Position numbers and translations under genes: made by a program. Under the pieces are notes generated by a model that worked only from the letters and a program-made list of their open reading frames with translations, was not told the DNA's origin and searched no databases. 64,000 bases of DNA from the NCBI GenBank assembly GCA_051294375.1, contig CM119264.1, positions 22,448,709 through 22,512,708 on the forward strand, read 5' to 3'. The stretch comes from Paraspadella gotoi (lineage: Eukaryota; Animalia; Chaetognatha). This document shows positions 61,287-64,000 of this stretch, piece after piece; position 1 is the first letter of the stretch, and every line of letters starts with the position of its first letter.

Positions 61287-63739
61287 CGCCAATCTTGAGA
61301 GCGAGACGACGGGGAAAATGTCGCCCCTGCACAGTCAAATGTGCACTCACTGAAATATGGGCTATAAATTTAAATTTAAATTAACTCGTGTAGAATCGCA
61401 TTTATCGTACATAAACTTGATATCTAATTGTTAATCATCTTTAATAATCAAAAACCTTCTTGATTGTGTTAAGCGAGCGACCAACGGAAAAAAAGTTGAG
61501 ATTCTATATGACGCATCTTATCGAGATTATGAAATTTTAGATGTCGAGAGAAGTTTCAATTAAAAATTAATGAAAAACAAACAAATGACTGAAAACGTTT
61601 GATGGGCGAGCTTGCAAAAATTTAATCAAAACCGGGAATGAGAAAACAGAAGGCTGAAATTTCATGAACAATACTGATATAATTTGAAACTAAGCCAAAA
61701 ATTTCCTACTACAGACTACCTAGTACATACTACAGATTCTATTGGAATGTTCTTTCGTGTTTTTTATCGATCGTTAAAGATTTTTCAGCAACAAACAACA
61801 GTGGCGATTATAAAGTCTGAATGTATGAATTGAAAAGTCCGTTTTACTTCAAATATCGTTCTCTCTTTTTGAGGCATAGAGGTTTTTGGCGTAACATTTA
61901 TTCATCCTCTCCCGATAGTTCATATTCATATTCATATTCATATTCATATTCACCGACTCAGACCTTTATCATTGTTTCTCACCGCAATCTCATCTCCCTC
62001 CCTCCCTATCCCCTTCTCCCTTCTTCAAAATAGCGCCCTCCAGTGGTAAAACTAATGACAACACTCCCGCTGTCAACAGCGCCACCTTCACGTTCACCCC
62101 CGTGTCACCATGCTCTTCTTTCACCATCCTTTCTGAGAGTGTCACCCTGTACTCCTTCCACCGTCACGTCCATCTAGAGTGTCACAACCCACTTCCACGA
62201 CACAACCACCGACCCCATTAATTCTACCCCATCCCCCCGCACCCCGCGCCACCTTCCACCCGGCGTTTCCGGCGGCTCGTGCCTCCCGGCGCCCGATTTC
62301 GCCGTCACGGGCGAAAAAATCCAATTAACCGGTTGGCCTTTTGTAGTAACAATAGTAAAGGAAGCGAAGATTGAGGCGCGCCAGAGTTCAGGATCTCGAT
62401 TCAATCGCGTCGCGATCCCAANNNNNNNNNNNNNNNNNNNNNNNNNNNNNNNNNNNNNNNNNNNNNNNNNNNNNNNNNNNNNNNNNNNNNNNNNNNNNNN
62501 NNNNNNNNNNNNNNNNNNNNNNNNNNNNNNNNNNNNNNNNNNNNNNNNNNNNNNNNNNNNNNNNNNNNNNNNNNNNNNNNNNNNNNNNNNNNNNNNNNNN
62601 NNNNNNNNNNNNNNNNNNNNNNNNNNNNNNNNNNNNNNNNNNNNNNNNNNNNNNNNNNNNNNNNNNNNNNNNNNNNNNNNNNNNNNNNNNNNNNNNNNNN
62701 NNNNNNNNNNNNNNNNNNNNNNNNNNNNNNNNNNNNNNNNNNNNNNNNNNNNNNNNNNNNNNNNNNNNNNNNNNNNNNNNNNNNNNNNNNNNNNNNNNNN
62801 NNNNNNNNNNNNNNNNNNNNNNNNNNNNNNNNNNNNNNNNNNNNNNNNNNNNNNNNNNNNNNNNNNNNNNNNNNNNNNNNNNNNNNNNNNNNNNNNNNNN
62901 NNNNNNNNNNNNNNNNNNNNNNNNNNNNNNNNNNNNNNNNNNNNNNNNNTCTTTTCCTCCGCCCATCCTCTCCGATTTCCTCATTTCCTCCGAAGCCAAT
63001 TCGCTCCTCCCAGTTCCGCCTTTCGATTCCCGCTTCTTATTTATCCTTTGACTCACCCTTACCCTCCCTTCGCCCTCACCCAACCTTAATACTTTGTTTT
63101 TGGCCCAAGCCTCTCTCTCGTTTCTTCCCATTTATTTTAATCATCTAATTGATCCGCAGCCTTCATTTTCTCTCGTTTAACATTCACCTTCACAACCACC
63201 ACGACAACCACCCGTTCTTCCTTTAACCACCACAAACCGTTACAAACTTTCTCCATCCCTCTCGGCTGTTTCGAAACGCCTTCTTCACCACCGAAACCAA
63301 ATCTCCGTTTTCTTGCTTTGATTCGTTTTCTCATTTTTCCTCAAGAGAATTCTTTTGATTATTCTCCTTCTTCCTCTTTTTCGTCTTCGTCTCTCTTTTT
63401 TATTCTTCTTCTGTCTTCTTATTCTCCTTCTTCTCCTTCTTATTCTCTTTCTTTCTCTACTTTACTTCCTCTTTGATTTGCTTCTTTATTTCGTTTTCCC
63501 CTCCTATTTTATTTCGCCTAATTTGGTTCTCTTCCTCCTTTTTTGTTATTTTGTTATTTTCAGTTTCTTAGTAATTCAATTCCTCATTTCTCATTTTTTC
63601 ATTCTCTCTGAATTATCTCCACCTTGTACTTCGCTCTTTCTTCTCCATTTTTTATCCTTTTCCTGTTCTTCTTCCTCCCTTTCAAACTTTCTCTCAATTC
63701 TCTCTTCCTCCCTTCCTTATTTTCCTTTTTCCTCCATCT

Positions 63740-63965
63740 CTTAATCTCCATCTTCCCCCTTTCCCTAATCTCCTTCTTCCTCCATTCCTCCCTTTCTTCT
63801 TTTCCTTTTTCCTTCCTCTCTTCATCCATCTTCCCCTTTTCCTAAATCTCCTTCTTCCTCCATTCCTCCCTTTCTTCATTTCCTTTTTCCTCCCTCTCTT
63901 CATCTCCATCTTCCCCCTCCCCTTAATCTCCTTCTTCCTCCATTCCTCCCTTTCTTCTTCCTTTT
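63740..63965 (+). repeat. Pyrimidine-rich ~80-bp tandem repeat
   Basis: Three copies of CCATCTTCCCC...AATCTCCTTCTTCCTCCATTCCTCCCTTTCTTC. Confidence 0.75.
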
Positions 63966-64000
63966 CTTCATCTCCTTCTATTGAGAACGAGAAAAAAAAA

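Overview
AT-rich eukaryotic (animal-like, GT-AG spliced) DNA from a draft assembly, with N-gaps and patches that look filled from noisy long reads. A gene island at about 9.3-25.7 kb holds three loci. The first is a complete 9-exon SELENBP1/SBP56 (methanethiol oxidase) gene on +, 486 aa. The second is a frameshifted XK-related multi-pass membrane gene nested on the same strand inside the 8.6 kb intron 7 of SELENBP1, bracketed by two inverted DINE-1/HINE-like (Helentron-type) elements. The third is a convergent 6-exon gene on - for a 507-aa multi-pass membrane protein, whose predicted 3' end abuts or overlaps that of SELENBP1. An inverted pair of tRNA-Gly-like SINEs flanks SELENBP1 exons 3-7. 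The rest of the window has no recognisable protein domains and is dominated by (GA)n, (GAC)n and minisatellite tracts, a hAT-like MITE, CCAAT/E-box/TALE motif clusters and a 3 kb tandem duplication that is probably an assembly artefact. Nearly all ORF-track entries outside the island are microsatellite translations. All calls were made by eye; no database searches were run.
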